The notes: generated from the letters alone by a model not told the origin. A DNA stretch of 63,783 bases, filler included, from Octopus bimaculoides (GCF_001194135.2; 6 parts of 5 records of this genome joined end to end with filler, not necessarily neighbours in it); one strand, 5' to 3'; positions 13,531 to 26,232 are shown, numbered from the whole stretch's first letter. Translations and numbers: made by a program.

Positions 13531-13585
13531 AATATACATACTCATATACACACATGAACTATATATTTACCTATATCTACATATT

Positions 13586-14404
13586 ACAATTTAGGTTAGC
13601 TGAACCATGTTTGTCACATATTTTAACTGCTAAAAGGAAAATAGACTGCAGTTACCGTGGAGAAAAAAATCTCTCTTATGGTAGAAAGGTGTGAAAACAC
13701 CCAATACGTTCAATGTCGATCTCTTTCGAGAGTCTCAGACATCGGTGTTTCAAGTTTATTGCCTCTTGTCGATGAGATGTACCTAACGGAGGCAACTCTG
13801 AACGAACACGTTGACTGATTTGCGCTAGTAGATCGCCCGATCGAGAAAAATATCGGAATAATGGCGCTAAGCAGTGTTTACGTATAATCACGATTTAGGT
13901 TAGTTGAAATATGTTTGTCACATATTTCAACTGCTAAAAGGCAAATGCACTGCAGTTACCGTGGGGAAAAAGTTTCTTTTATGGTAAAAAGGTGAGAAAA
14001 CCTTCACACCTTTTTACCATAAGAGAGATTTTATACGTAAACACCGCTTAGCGTCATTACTCCGATATTTTTCTCGACCGAGTGATCTACTAGCGCAAAT
14101 CAGTCACTGTGTTGGTTGAATTATTTATAAATTTATAAGCTTTATTCAATTCGTTCAGAGTTGCCTCTCTTAGGTACGTCTCATCGACAAGAGTCATTAA
14201 ACTCGAAGCATCGATGTCTAAGATTTCCGAGAGAGGGCGACACTGAATGAATTGAGTGTCTTCACACCTTTTTAACATAAGAGAGATTTTTTTCTCCTCG
14301 GTAACTGCAGTGTATTTGCCTTTATCAGGTGAAATATGTGACAAGCATATTTCAACTAACCTAAATTGTGATTATACGTAAACACTGCTTAGCGCCATTA
14401 CTCC
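13586..14404. repeat. Fold-back (inverted) array of a ~304-bp unit
   Basis: TTTAGGTTAG starts at 13590 and 13894 (period 304). The sequence flips orientation at a 14-bp perfect stem (13981-13994 / 14007-14020) and the unit repeats in reverse to 14404. Confidence 0.9.
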
Positions 14405-14451
14405 AATATATATTAATGCATAAATATACACATATATATACATATATGCGC

Positions 14452-14493
<42 letters not shown>

Positions 14494-14496
<3 letters not shown>

Positions 14497-14540
14497 GCAG
14501 GAGTGGCTGTGTGGTAAGTAGCTCGCTTACTACGCATGCG
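14494..14540 (+). mobile_element. SINE family A, 5' head only
   Basis: GGCGCAGGAGTGGCTGTGTGGTAAGTAGCT is nearly identical to the head of the copy at 62538 and follows (TA)n. Confidence 0.75.
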
Positions 14541-15460
14541 CGTTAGTGTTGCTTCTTGCCAGATACTCGAGTGGACGTGAGCTTGTTAGCTCCGTCCAAA
14601 TACTGAACTGAAAGCGAAATAAGAACTATAACAGTGAAGGTCGTCGAGGTAGGTGGTTTTGTGTTCATTTGAGCTGGGTGTAATTTGTTAAATAGTAATA
14701 TTGTTTGTTGATAAGTTTCGCGCAGCTCTGAGACAATTCTGCCTGTTGTCGGTGGCTGCTGTTTGTTGTTTAATGTGATCCACTGTGTTTTGGAAAGAAA
14801 AAAAGGGGGTGTATCATCGCCCGAATTTGTTGGATTATTTACCATTACCAAAGGATTCTACAAGTTGGTCAAGAGTACCTGTTGACCATTGAATTTTTGC
14901 CGTGTGAATTGTTTTCTTTTTTTTTCTATCTTCCTGTTTTTTGTCTTTTTGGAACTGTTTAACTGGTTTTTTTTTACTTTCTTTATCACTTATTTTTTGG
15001 ACTGTTTTGTTTATTCCTTTTGGACCTCTTTTTTAATTTATTTGGACTTTTTTTAACTGTGTACTTTTTATTTGACACATGGCTAATATAAACAGTGCCT
15101 TAGAGTGGGAGGTTACTTCATCTAAGCATTGAGTGAATAATCTTGAGAAGAGGAAGGGTGGTTCTGCGGGCCAATTCTAGGTCACGTGGGGTCATCGCCC
15201 TCTTCGACAAGAGTATATAATTAACGAAGAATTGGCGAATTATCGGCCAAGTAAAAAATTCATTTCTCAGGGGAACAAATTCGCAACGGTCTGGTTGCTG
15301 CTTAGTTCCCCCGAGGAGGTTGGCAGATTTGCAAGGAAGCCCACTGAAGGCAAGGAAATTTTGTTCCTCCCAAGCTATTGTGGGAGGAAAGTAATAAGAG
15401 CTTGGGTTTGTGGGCTGCCTCTGGCAGGATGGATTGGTGATGCCATCCGGCGGGGCATGG

Positions 15461-15498
<38 letters not shown>

Positions 15499-15538
15499 CA
15501 AACACACACACACATACATACACATATATATATATATA

Positions 15539-15584
<46 letters not shown>

Positions 15585-16633
15585 CACATATATGGTACAC
15601 ATAATATTTCCACTCACAAGTATGTATGCATACATGCATACATGCCTACATACATACATACATACATACATACATACATACAAATAAATAGACAGGGAGA
15701 GGGAAGGAGTGAGAGACGTAGAGAGAGAAAGAAAGAGAGGGACCAAGAGAGGGAAAACAGAGCGGAGGATGACACAGTGAGAGATGTATAAACAAGAGAA
15801 AGAGAATGGTCACTACGGAAACTGTGATATAATTCATTGGAAGTTGATACTTCATAAATCATTACTCCGAGCTTTTCGTATCAGATATTTTTTTTCCTTT
15901 TTGTTTTCCTTTGTATACAATCAAAACGGCATAAAATCATGGCGGACGGTAGTTGAATGACTCGAGATAAGAGAATTTTATTGGATAATGATATAACAAT
16001 TGTTTACAAATAGATAATAATAATACTAGTTGAGTGTTAGAATAATTGAGATAAGAAGAAATTATACAAAACAATATTATGGGTGTAAGAAAACTTATAT
16101 ATATATATATGGCCATGTGTGTGTATATANNNNNNNNNNNNNNNNNNNNNNNNNNNNNNNNNNNNNNNNNNNNNNNNNNNNNNNNNNNNNNNNNNNNNNN
16201 NNNNNNNNNNNNNNNNNNNNNNNNNNNNNNNNNNNNNNNNNNNNNNNNNNNNNNNNNNNNNNNNNNNNNNNNNNNNNNNNNNNNNNNNNNNNNNNNNNNN
16301 NNNNNNNNNNNNNNNNNNNNNNNNNNNNNNNNNNNNNNNNNNNNNNNNNNNNNNNNNNNNNNNNNNNNNNNNNNNNNNNNNNNNNNNNNNNNNNNNNNNN
16401 NNNNNNNNNNNNNNNNNNNNNNNNNNNNNNNNNNNNNNNNNNNNNNNNNNNNNNNNNNNNNNNNNNNNNNNNNNNNNNNNNNNNNNNNNNNNNNNNNNNN
16501 NNNNNCATATATATATATACTTACATATATATACATATATATATATACATACATATATATATACATATATATATACATATATATATACTTACATATACAT
16601 ATATATGTATACATACATACATACAGATAGATT

Positions 16634-16701
<68 letters not shown>

Positions 16702-17243
16702 TTGACAGTTGCGTTTGAATATAAATTCTAACGGCAGGAATATAATTCAAGTCTTTAAATTTTTTTTGGCTCTCTGAATTTTCAACTGTTTGAAATATTC
16801 CTTCTTCAAAAAACCATTTCGAGCCCAATAATTACTATATAGTTTCATCAAAGTGTGCCTGCAATGACCTAATAGTTCTGAACGTTCATTTTTACATTAA
16901 TTTTTTTTATAAATATATATATATATATTCTCACGTATATTCTAACGCACATCATATCACTTTGTATAATTTATTTTTTTTATCGCTATCATTCTAACAC
17001 TCAACTATTCTTACCTACTTTTAAACAATGTTTATATCATTATCCAATAAGATTTTGTGACCTCGTGTCATTCAGCTACCGTTCGCTATGATGTTGTGAC
17101 ATTTTGATATATGCCATAAAATCGGCGGTGAAAAGCTCGGAGAAACGCTTTATAAAGTGTCGGCAACCAATTCTATCACACTAACGCCAGTAGTGATCAT
17201 TCTCTTTTCATCTTTTTGTTTATACTTATCTCTCTCGAATATA

Positions 17244-17482
17244 TACATGCATACATACATACACACATACATACATACACACATACATACATACATACAT
17301 ACATACATACATACATACATACATACATGCATACACACGCACACACGTTTATACATACGTACATACATACATACATACATACATACATACATACATACGT
17401 GCATACATACACACGCACACACGTTTATACATACATACATACATACATACATACATACGTACGTACGTACCTACATACATAC
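17244..17482. repeat. (CATA)n compound microsatellite
   Basis: Long TACA/CATA array with an internal higher-order repeat of GCATACA(TA)CACGCACACACGTTTA. Confidence 0.95.
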
Positions 17483-17639
17483 GTAAATGTATAAATGAAT
17501 GTCCATTTATGTGTGTATCTTCTATTTTAATTTGATGTCTTCCTCGAGGGAAAGATCTAGTTTCTAACAAAGATACAAAGTTCCATCATAAGAGTGTATA
17601 TAACAAATATAGATAACAAAATCGAATTTACATTCAGAA

Positions 17640-18190
17640 CTTTAAAATGTCTTGCATGTTTTTACTGTTCTGCTTACAGGTTGTATTTGTAATGTGAAAG
17701 TTAGCTAATCAATTTCTCTTTCTGAAAACCCCAAATTATCCAAACTGTCACCCAGCTTATCCATATTGTCACAAAACCAAGTGCACCAAATATTATTGGT
17801 ATAAATGTGACTTTATAATCTGGGTATACAAACATAAGGTTTCATAGCAGTTGCCAGTAGTTATCCTCTTTCTCTTTTATTTTCGAAAAAATAATCACAT
17901 CAGCAGGGCAGCAAACATCTACGACTGTACATACTTTTACTTGTCTATCCCAAACAAGAATATCCAACCTGCTATGATTGGACGTGGTAGATATTTTAAT
18001 GGTATATTCCACCAGTATTCCTTGTGTTGAAGCTTATGTATGTATTCAATACGGGCAGTTATTAAATTTTGATGGCAATATATATTGTTTGAGAGACAAC
18101 ACCCTGTCGAATTCGGAGGTAGTATATTGATGACATATTTGTGCAGCTGTTGATCACGTGATATAAATGTGATATAATCGACCTTTCCCT
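17640..18190 (-). mobile_element. Divergent R4/Dong-clade LINE 3' fragment (CCHC knuckle remnant plus endonuclease)
   Basis: Minus strand reads HVINSCTNMSSIYYLRIRQGVVSQTIY...EYWWNIP...LDILVWDRQVKVCTVVDVCCPADV...YPDYKVTFIPIIFGALGFV...TVKTCKTF. Confidence 0.82.
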
Positions 18191-19551
18191 CTGCATCTTG
18201 GGGCTCTTTTACGTTTCGAGCCTACGCTCTTCAACAGAAAGGAACACAGAAATAAGCTGAGAAAGAAAATAAAAAAGGTTTAGTGGGTAGCGATCAATCA
18301 TGGCGAATGCCGGACAAAGATGGTCAGACAGGAGAGCTAGGAAGAAGGGGAGATAAAACAGTATTGGTGATAAAGACGTGAGGAGGAAAATTTCAAAAGG
18401 TTTAGGAGAAAAAATTCAAAAGGCGTGAGGAGAAAAAATACAAGAGGTGAGAGAAGGAGAAAAAAATGAAAACAAAGAGAAAAAGAACGAGGAAGAAGGA
18501 AGAAACACAGAGGAAAGGAAAAGAAAAAGAGAAGACAAGACAAAAAGGAAAAAGAAAGGGAGGGAGGGAGAGGCAAAGTAACAATGTGCGGATTGAGAGA
18601 AAAAAAACAGTAATATATANNNNNNNNNNNNNNNNNNNNNNNNNNNNNNNNNNNNNNNNNNNNNNNNNNNNNNNNNNNNNNNNNNNNNNNNNNNNNNNNN
18701 NNNNNNNNNNNNNNNNNNNNNNNNNNNNNNNNNNNNNNNNNNNNNNTATATATATATATATATATATATTGTTGTAAAACCTGAAAAGTTGACAGTTTAG
18801 TACGTTCGGCTGGAAATTTGGCATCCTTGCCTGCCCCATCTGCTGAATCGTCACTGCAAGCCATAATGTCACAGTAAATAAAATGTATATAATTAGGATA
18901 CTATAAATTGATTCCTTTTTGTTACGCATCTTTATCGTGAAAGCTGAAAGAAAACGATGTAAGAAACAGATACGGCTTCTAAAATCAAGTGAAGTTCGCA
19001 CAAAACATATATAACACGAACTCATTTCTGAAATGAAATATTTGAACCGGCCTAACAAAAACAGGCCTGTTTCTTCTACAATTAGGTTTCTTTATTAGCC
19101 ACACAGGGCTCAACACAGAGGGGACAAAATACTAGTTGATTTATATGTCTGATACGTGATGCCTCCTAGTGGACAGTTAATACAAGGGAGATAATCATTT
19201 CTTGATAATATTTGGCGTGACCAGAAGTTTGAATTTGAAATTAAGGATTTACAAGGAAAAAATTAATAAAATACACATATTCAATCACTTCAAGTGTTCC
19301 TTACACAATGTATGTGCGATCGGTAAAGTTTACATAACTAGAGCTGCTTTTGATTTATAATTTAATTTACTTTCACATGCGTTACGCTGCATCACATTGA
19401 GCAAGTAGATTTCACTCTATTTGCATTTAAGTCACAAACCAGCGATTCACTTCGTTTCGAGATGATCCGAATACATGGTATTGATAAACCACATTAATGG
19501 CGAAATATTGATATCTACCATTCTCGATGATTTCGAGTCGAGTCGTCTCAC

Positions 19552-19637
19552 CTGGTCTGTGAATATAAGGAATTCTTTAACACTCGGCATTGTGTAAGGA
19601 GCTTTTTCCCAGGACGCTTTCCTGCAGTAAATTTGGC
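19552..19637 (-). other. Candidate 86-nt internal exon of an unidentified gene
   Basis: Minus-strand acceptor GTTTTGTTTATAG and strong donor CAG|GTGAGA. Open as GQIYCRKASWEKAPYTMPSVKEFLIFTDQ or AKFTAGKRPGKKLLTQCRVLKNSLYSQT. Sequence is non-repetitive within the window. Confidence 0.3.
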
Positions 19638-19679
19638 CTATAAACAAAACACACTATGTATGCGTGATCAATAATGATC

Positions 19680-19719
<40 letters not shown>

Positions 19720-19754
19720 ACATGCATGTATATATATGTGTGTGTGTGTGTGTC

Positions 19755-19790
<36 letters not shown>

Positions 19791-20317
19791 NNNNNNNNNN
19801 NNNNNNNNNNNNNNNNNNNNNNNNNNNNNNNNNNNNNNNNNNNNNNNNNNNNNNNNNNNNNNNNNNNNNNNNNNNNNNNNNNNNNNNNNNNNNNNNNNNN
19901 NNNNNNNNNNNNNNNNNNNNNNNNNNNNNNNNNNNNNNNNNNNNNNNNNNNNNNNNNNNNNNNNNNNNNNNNNNNNNNNNNNNNNNNNNNNNNNNNNNNN
20001 NNNNNNNNNNNNNNNNNNNNNNNNNNNNNNNNNNNNNNNNNNNNNNNNNNNNNNNNNNNNNNNNNNNNNNNNNNNNNNNNNNNNNNNNNNNNNNNNNNNN
20101 NNNNNNNNNNNNNNNNNNNNNNNNNNNNNNNNNNNNNNNNNNNNNNNNNNNNNNNNNNNNNNNNNNNNNNNNNNNNNNNNNNNNNNNNNNNNNNNNNNNN
20201 NNNNNNNNNNNNNNNNNNNNNNNNNNNNNNNNNNNNNNNNNNNNNNNNNNNNNNNNNNNNNNNNNNNNNNNNNNNNNNNNNNNNNNNNNNNNNNNNNNNN
20301 NNNNNNNNNNNNNNNNN

Positions 20318-20372
<55 letters not shown>

Positions 20373-20986
20373 TTAGTGTTAACTGTCAGGGGTAAAAAGT
20401 GCTCAATGGCAAAATAATATAACTAATAACTTGCCTGTGCACCTACAGTTGAAACTTAAACTAACAACAGACTGACTCGACCAAGGTGATATACATATAT
20501 GTATAGAAGTGTGTGTCTGTGCACATATATGTGTGTGTGTATTTATGTGTGCATATGTATTTATATATACAAATACTATATATGTGTTTGTTATTGTTGC
20601 TGCTGCTATTTTGTATAATTTCTAAACTTTGTGGTCAGGAAAATGAGCATATGTTACTTGATGATCTCATTATAAACACTGAAAATAATCACCTATTTTT
20701 TTTTTTTATTCATAGTGTATATTGGTCCTAGTAAAGAATTCATTAATTTAATGTCAGTGCTTATTCAGTTATGCAAGTTAGAATCGCCTGTATAATTCTG
20801 TTATAAGCTTATAACTAGTTATAACCGTAATTAAAAGAGTGAATATTTCATCTCTGATGAAGAAGTAATAAACACAGAAACAAGTAACAGAGAACGTTTT
20901 CTGGCCATAGAGAGAACAACTTGTAGTTTATTCAAGAGGTTTACTTTTTACATAGCTTATCCAGGAGTTTACTTTTTACACTGTAG

Positions 20987-21277
20987 AGGCGCATTGGCCC
21001 ACTGGTTAGGGCAGCGGACTCGCGGTCATAGGATCGCGGTTTCGATTCCCAGACCGGGTGTTGTGAGTGTTTATTGAGCGAAAACACCTAAAGCTCCACG
21101 AGGCTCCGGCAGGGGATGGTGGCGAACCCTGCTGTACTCTTTCACCACAACTTTCTCTCACTCTTACTTCTTGTTTCTGTTGTGCCTGTAATTCAAAGGG
21201 GTCAGCCTTGTCATACTCTGTGTCACGCTGAATCTCCCCGAGAACTACGTTAAGGGTACACATGTCTGTGGAGTGCT
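20987..21277 (+). mobile_element. tRNA-derived SINE, family C
   Basis: A-box TGGCCCACTGGTTAGG and B-box GGTTTCGATTCCC. The 3' part (GGGTACACATGTCTGTGG) is shared with about 39070 and with 27885-28150 (minus strand). Runs into a gap. Confidence 0.85.
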
Positions 21278-22993
21278 NNNNNNNNNNNNNNNNNNNNNNN
21301 NNNNNNNNNNNNNNNNNNNNNNNNNNNNNNNNNNNNNNNNNNNNNNNNNNNNNNNNNNNNNNNNNNNNNNNNNNNNNNNNNNNNNNNNNNNNNNNNNNNN
21401 NNNNNNNNNNNNNNNNNNNNNNNNNNNNNNNNNNNNNNNNNNNNNNNNNNNNNNNNNNNNNNNNNNNNNNNNNNNNNNNNNNNNNNNNNNNNNNNNNNNN
21501 NNNNNNNNNNNNNNNNNNNNNNNNNNNNNNNNNNNNNNNNNNNNNNNNNNNNNNNNNNNNNNNNNNNNNNNNNNNNNNNNNNNNNNNNNNNNNNNNNNNN
21601 NNNNNNNNNNNNNNNNNNNNNNNNNNNNNNNNNNNNNNNNNNNNNNNNNNNNNNNNNNNNNNNNNNNNNNNNNNNNNNNNNNNNNNNNNNNNNNNNNNNN
21701 NNNNNNNNNNNNNNNNNNNNNNNNNNNNNNNNNNNNNNNNNNNNNNNNNNNNNNNNNNNNNNNNNNNNNNNNNNNNNNNNNNNNNNNNNNNNNNNNNNNN
21801 NNNNNNNNNNNNNNNNNNNNNNNNNNNNNNNNNNNNNNNNNNNNNNNNNNNNNNNNNNNNNNNNNNNNNNNNNNNNNNNNNNNNNNNNNNNNNNNNNNNN
21901 NNNNNNNNNNNNNNNNNNNNNNNNNNNNNNNNNNNNNNNNNNNNNNNNNNNNNNNNNNNNNNNNNNNNNNNNNNNNNNNNNNNNNNNNNNNNNNNNNNNN
22001 NNNNNNNNNNNNNNNNNNNNNNNNNNNNNNNNNNNNNNNNNNNNNNNNNNNNNNNNNNNNNNNNNNNNNNNNNNNNNNNNNNNNNNNNNNNNNNNNNNNN
22101 NNNNNNNNNNNNNNNNNNNNNNNNNNNNNNNNNNNNNNNNNNNNNNNNNNNNNNNNNNNNNNNNNNNNNNNNNNNNNNNNNNNNNTATATATATATATAT
22201 TATATAATATATGCCTATGTGTGTGTAAAGATGCATACGCATGCATAAATACATGCATGCAAACGTACATATAGGCAGATACACGCACACAAACATTCAC
22301 ACGCATATACCTATGCATATATGCTTACATACATAATATTACACACGCACACATATATAGAAGCATGCATATATCCATAATTACATGCATACACACATAC
22401 ATACATACATACATACATACATACATACATACATGCTGTAAATAAATACAAACTTTCGTGACAGTATTATCACCAGTTCGCTATAAGAAAAACTACAAAT
22501 TTATATACAAAAATATATATAAAAATTGCGCGGGAGGATCGAAAAAAAGACACTCGTAATGGTGCTATACGTGGCTTTTGAAATATATTAAGATATCCGG
22601 TTTACTTACAAAACTATTTTTGCTCATCAAATATCATATTTCGTGCTCAGACTGTCTCTAGTATATAGCATTGAATATCTCACGCTCTTTCTCTTTCTGT
22701 TTCACCTTAACTCTCTCCCAGTTTATAATCTATCAACTTATTTCATTTTTTAGTATGCATGAATGTAAATATATATGTATGTATATGTATACACACGCAA
22801 ATACACACACACACATATATATATGTAGGTGGATACATGCATGCATAACTGGGCGTGCATTTGTAAATGTGTTTATATAGACCCATTTATTTGTCACTGC
22901 GGCTTCTCTCTGTCACTGCTCTGAATAAACTGTGTTGTGCTGACAACATTTTTCACTCAGTTATAAGCCCACGTACATGCATACATACGTACA

Positions 22994-23024
<31 letters not shown>

Positions 23025-23068
23025 GTGTGTGTGTGTGTAGGTGTATATGCATACATAGTCATACATGC

Positions 23069-23104
<36 letters not shown>

Positions 23105-23197
23105 CGTCCTGTACCCAAATATACATCTATATATATATGCAGATGTAGGTATGTACATACATGTACGTATATATGCATATACTCACATATTATTTGT

Positions 23198-23248
<51 letters not shown>

Positions 23249-23967
23249 TCACAAACACACACACACTTGCACACTCACAGAGTTACAAAAGCATGTAGTA
23301 GAAATAGCTAGAAAGCGAGAAGACAAAGGGAAAGAGAAATGTATATGTGTGTTTGTGTGTGTTTGTGTGTGTNNNNNNNNNNNNNNNNNNNNNNNNNNNN
23401 NNNNNNNNNNNNNNNNNNNNNNNNNNNNNNNNNNNNNNNNNNNNNNNNNNNNNNNNNNNNNNNNNNNNNNNNNNNNNNNNNNNNNNNNNNNNNNNNNNNN
23501 NNNNNNNNNNNNNNNNNNNNNNNNNNNNNNNNNNNNNNNNNNNNNNNNNNNNNNNNNNNNNNNNNNNNNNNNNNNNNNNNNNNNNNNNNNNNNNNNNNNN
23601 NNNNNNNNNNNNNNNNNNNNNNNNNNNNNNNNNNNNNNNNNNNNNNNNNNNNNNNNNNNNNNNNNNNNNNNNNNNNNNNNNNNNNNNNNNNNNNNNNNNN
23701 NNNNNNNNNNNNNNNNNNNNNNNNNNNNNNNNNNNNNNNNNNNNNNNNNNNNNNNNNNNNNNNNNNNNNNNNNNNNNNNNNNNNNNNNTGTATATGCGTG
23801 TGTGTGTATTCTGAAAGCATTTTTTTTAATCGTTTTTTTCTTGCTGTTTCTTCCCACATTTTTTACGTTTCTTTGAATGATTGTTTTAGGAAAAAAAATA
23901 TTAGTAACATCTTAAAAACTAGGCAGAAACAGTATTAGAAAGAATATAAAAATTGATAACTATTTTA

Positions 23968-24004
<37 letters not shown>

Positions 24005-24066
24005 GCTGCTGCTGCTGCTGCTGCTATTGTTGCTGTCGTCGTCGTCATTGTTGTGGTTGTTGCTGT

Positions 24067-24111
<45 letters not shown>

Positions 24112-24122
24112 CGATGATGATG
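23968..24122. repeat. Compound trinucleotide microsatellite (GTT)n-(GCT)n-(GTC)n-(GAT)n
   Basis: Directly visible, in-register transitions between triplet types. Confidence 0.95.
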
Positions 24123-24228
24123 ATATGTTATAATTCTATTTACTTTCCTTTAATAATTGACTCCGCTATTACCGTTATATATCTCTGTGTATTTTGCTTG
24201 CATACGTGTATGTGTGTGTATGTGTGTA

Positions 24229-24259
<31 letters not shown>

Positions 24260-24452
24260 ATTTGTGTACCATGGGGGGGTGTATGCCAGTGTTTATGTAT
24301 GCATTCATCTATATTTATATATATATGTATATGTATATACATTGAACATATANNNNNNNNNNNNNNNNNNNNNNNNNNNNNNNNNNNNNNNNNNNNNNNN
24401 NNNNNNNNNNNNNNNNNNNNNNNNNNNNNNNNNNNNNNNNNNNNNNNNNNNN

Positions 24453-24485
<33 letters not shown>

Positions 24486-24615
24486 AAAACAGACAGACAG
24501 ACGTCATGTTACTTTAAGAAGAGTGAAGCTGAGCCAATTTGTTATTAAATACAACTCTAAGTAAATATATTGATTGCTACTATCTTTCGTTTGTTCACAT
24601 ACTCGTATATATATG

Positions 24616-25055
24616 TAGGAGGGAGTGCTGAAAAGTTCCTGGTTTGGGGTACAAGAAAATACAGGAGGATCAGTTAATTATGATTTTATATAAGGCGTCG
24701 AGCTGGCAGAAATGATAGCGCGCCGGGTGAAATGCTTAGCGATATTTCGTCTGTCTCTACGTTCTGAGTTCAAATTCCGCCGAGGTTGACTTTGTCTTTC
24801 ATCCTTTCGGAATCGATAAATTAAGTACTGGGGTCGATCTAATCGACTGGCCCCCGCTCCACAAAATTTTCGGCCTTTATGCCTAGAGTAGAAAAGAATT
24901 ATGATTTTATTCAACATATTCCCCTCTCAGGTTCACACACTTATTGCAGCGGTCCTTCAGTCTTTCTAAGCCCTGTAAAAGAACCCGGAAGATTGGGCCT
25001 CCAACCAGGCCTTTCGCAACACTCTTAAAGCCAGGAACTTAAAGCACTCCTCATA
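24616..25055. mobile_element. Mariner-derived MITE with both TIRs, interrupted by a SINE
   Basis: Left end TAGGAGGGAGTGCTGAAAAGTTCCTGG; the reverse complement of the right end is TATGAGGAGTGCTTTAAGTTCCTGG. TA at both ends. Confidence 0.8.
24693..24896 (+). mobile_element. tRNA-derived SINE, family B (near full length, with target-site duplication)
   Basis: GGCGTCGAGCTGGCAGAA head and GAGTTCAAATTCC B-box, flanked by the direct repeat AATTATGATTTTAT (24676-24689 and 24897-24910). Confidence 0.9.
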
Positions 25056-25059
25056 TGTA

Positions 25060-25695
25060 TGCATGTATGTATGTATGTATGTATGTATGTCATTGTTCAG
25101 TTCTATTTCAAGATTTCTTGCCAATAGAGAAACAGCCGCTTTCTAACCTAGATCCAAGGCTCCTTCATTGGAATTTCAACATCATCAGCAGGATATTGTT
25201 GTTTGCATGCATGCATGTATGTATGTATGTATGTATGTATGTATGTATGTATGTATACATGCATGCATGCAAGTATGTATGTATATGCATATACTTGCAT
25301 ATCTAGACATGCTCATATATGTTTAAACGATAAACTTCTGGAAAGTTTTACAGATTTTTACAATTCCAGTGATGGATTGGATCAGTAGCCTTCGAATTAG
25401 CTTTCTCCTTTCTGGTTTTGAGAAGCTTAATTCCTCAAGATTGGTATTTAGGCAGTGTGTTGCATATCCCAGGGCCCCAATGATTACAAGTATAAACTAG
25501 AACTTGTACTCTAGATAGAGTAACTGCAAATTTCTCAATAGTTCAACGTAGGTATTCTTTTTTTCACCGATCTTCATCCGCTGGGCAGCTAATTTTGACA
25601 ACTGTACAGTTTCTCTTCTCTATCCCAAATCATTATACCAGGTCTGTTGTGCTTACATTTTATTGAGGTCTTCACTGGGACATTCCACCGTATGT
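25060..25695 (-). mobile_element. R4/Dong-clade LINE 3' end, second copy of the 1380-2090 family
   Basis: Reverse complement aligns by eye with 1450-2060, covering the endonuclease coding end and the UTR with TCCAATGAAGGAGCCTTGGATCTAGGTTAGAAA. Confidence 0.9.
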
Positions 25696-26232
25696 ATGTA
25701 TGTACGTTATAGAGATTATATGATAGCAGTATAAGTAGTAATAAGAGCGGCTCAAGAGTATCGCTGGAAGTTCCACGCGGGAACAGCTATGTGTGAGTTT
25801 GTATGTGGGTATGTGTGTGTCTATGTGTGATGAATGTAAGTCTCAAACAGCACGGTGATTTGCGCGGACCTATGCGACACAATTGTATATGCACTGTGAA
25901 TAAGGCCAAACGAGGGTACGTAGTGTCGACCGGCGTTCACGTCTATAATGGCGTTTTCATCTCGAATGCACTGTTCCAGGGTGTGAAAACCAGGATACGA
26001 AGATGATCATAAATAGTTAAAACTAGTATTTCTGTTGCAACATCCTTAGTAAAAGGTCTTATACGGCTTTACTTGGCAAAGCCAATTCTCAGATCATTAT
26101 GTATTGCAAACTGTTGCAGGTGAAAATACTTTTAAATTTCTTCAATGGGTTTTTTTTATTCGAAGAGCTCCTCTCCTAGGCAGGGTACCTTTTTCATGAC
26201 TGAAAATCATAACTCTACGTATCACACCAGTG

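Noticed and set aside
13586-14404. Possible CRISPR-like or regularly spaced repeat array
   Set aside because: The unit is about 304 bp with no short constant repeat and unique spacers, and the context is eukaryotic with no cas genes.
14543-15460. 102-151-aa ORFs of moderate complexity
   Set aside because: Probably old retroelement debris (a faint endonuclease-like impression only). I could not assign a family or find splice signals, so it is not listed as a feature.
18337-19058. 175-218-aa ORFs with hydrophobic or Lys/Arg-rich stretches
   Set aside because: They derive from a purine-rich low-complexity tract plus an N gap and are not credible membrane proteins.
20848-20895. CTGATGA…GAAAC…GTA hammerhead-like string (also CTGATGAAGGG at about 5568)
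   Set aside because: No pairable stem II or properly placed stem I at 20848, and no GAAA after the hairpin at 5568.
20987-21060. tRNA-like A/B boxes here and at 24693, 41866, 42393 and 62538
   Set aside because: No complete cloverleaf, and each continues into a shared SINE body, so they are SINE heads rather than tRNA genes.
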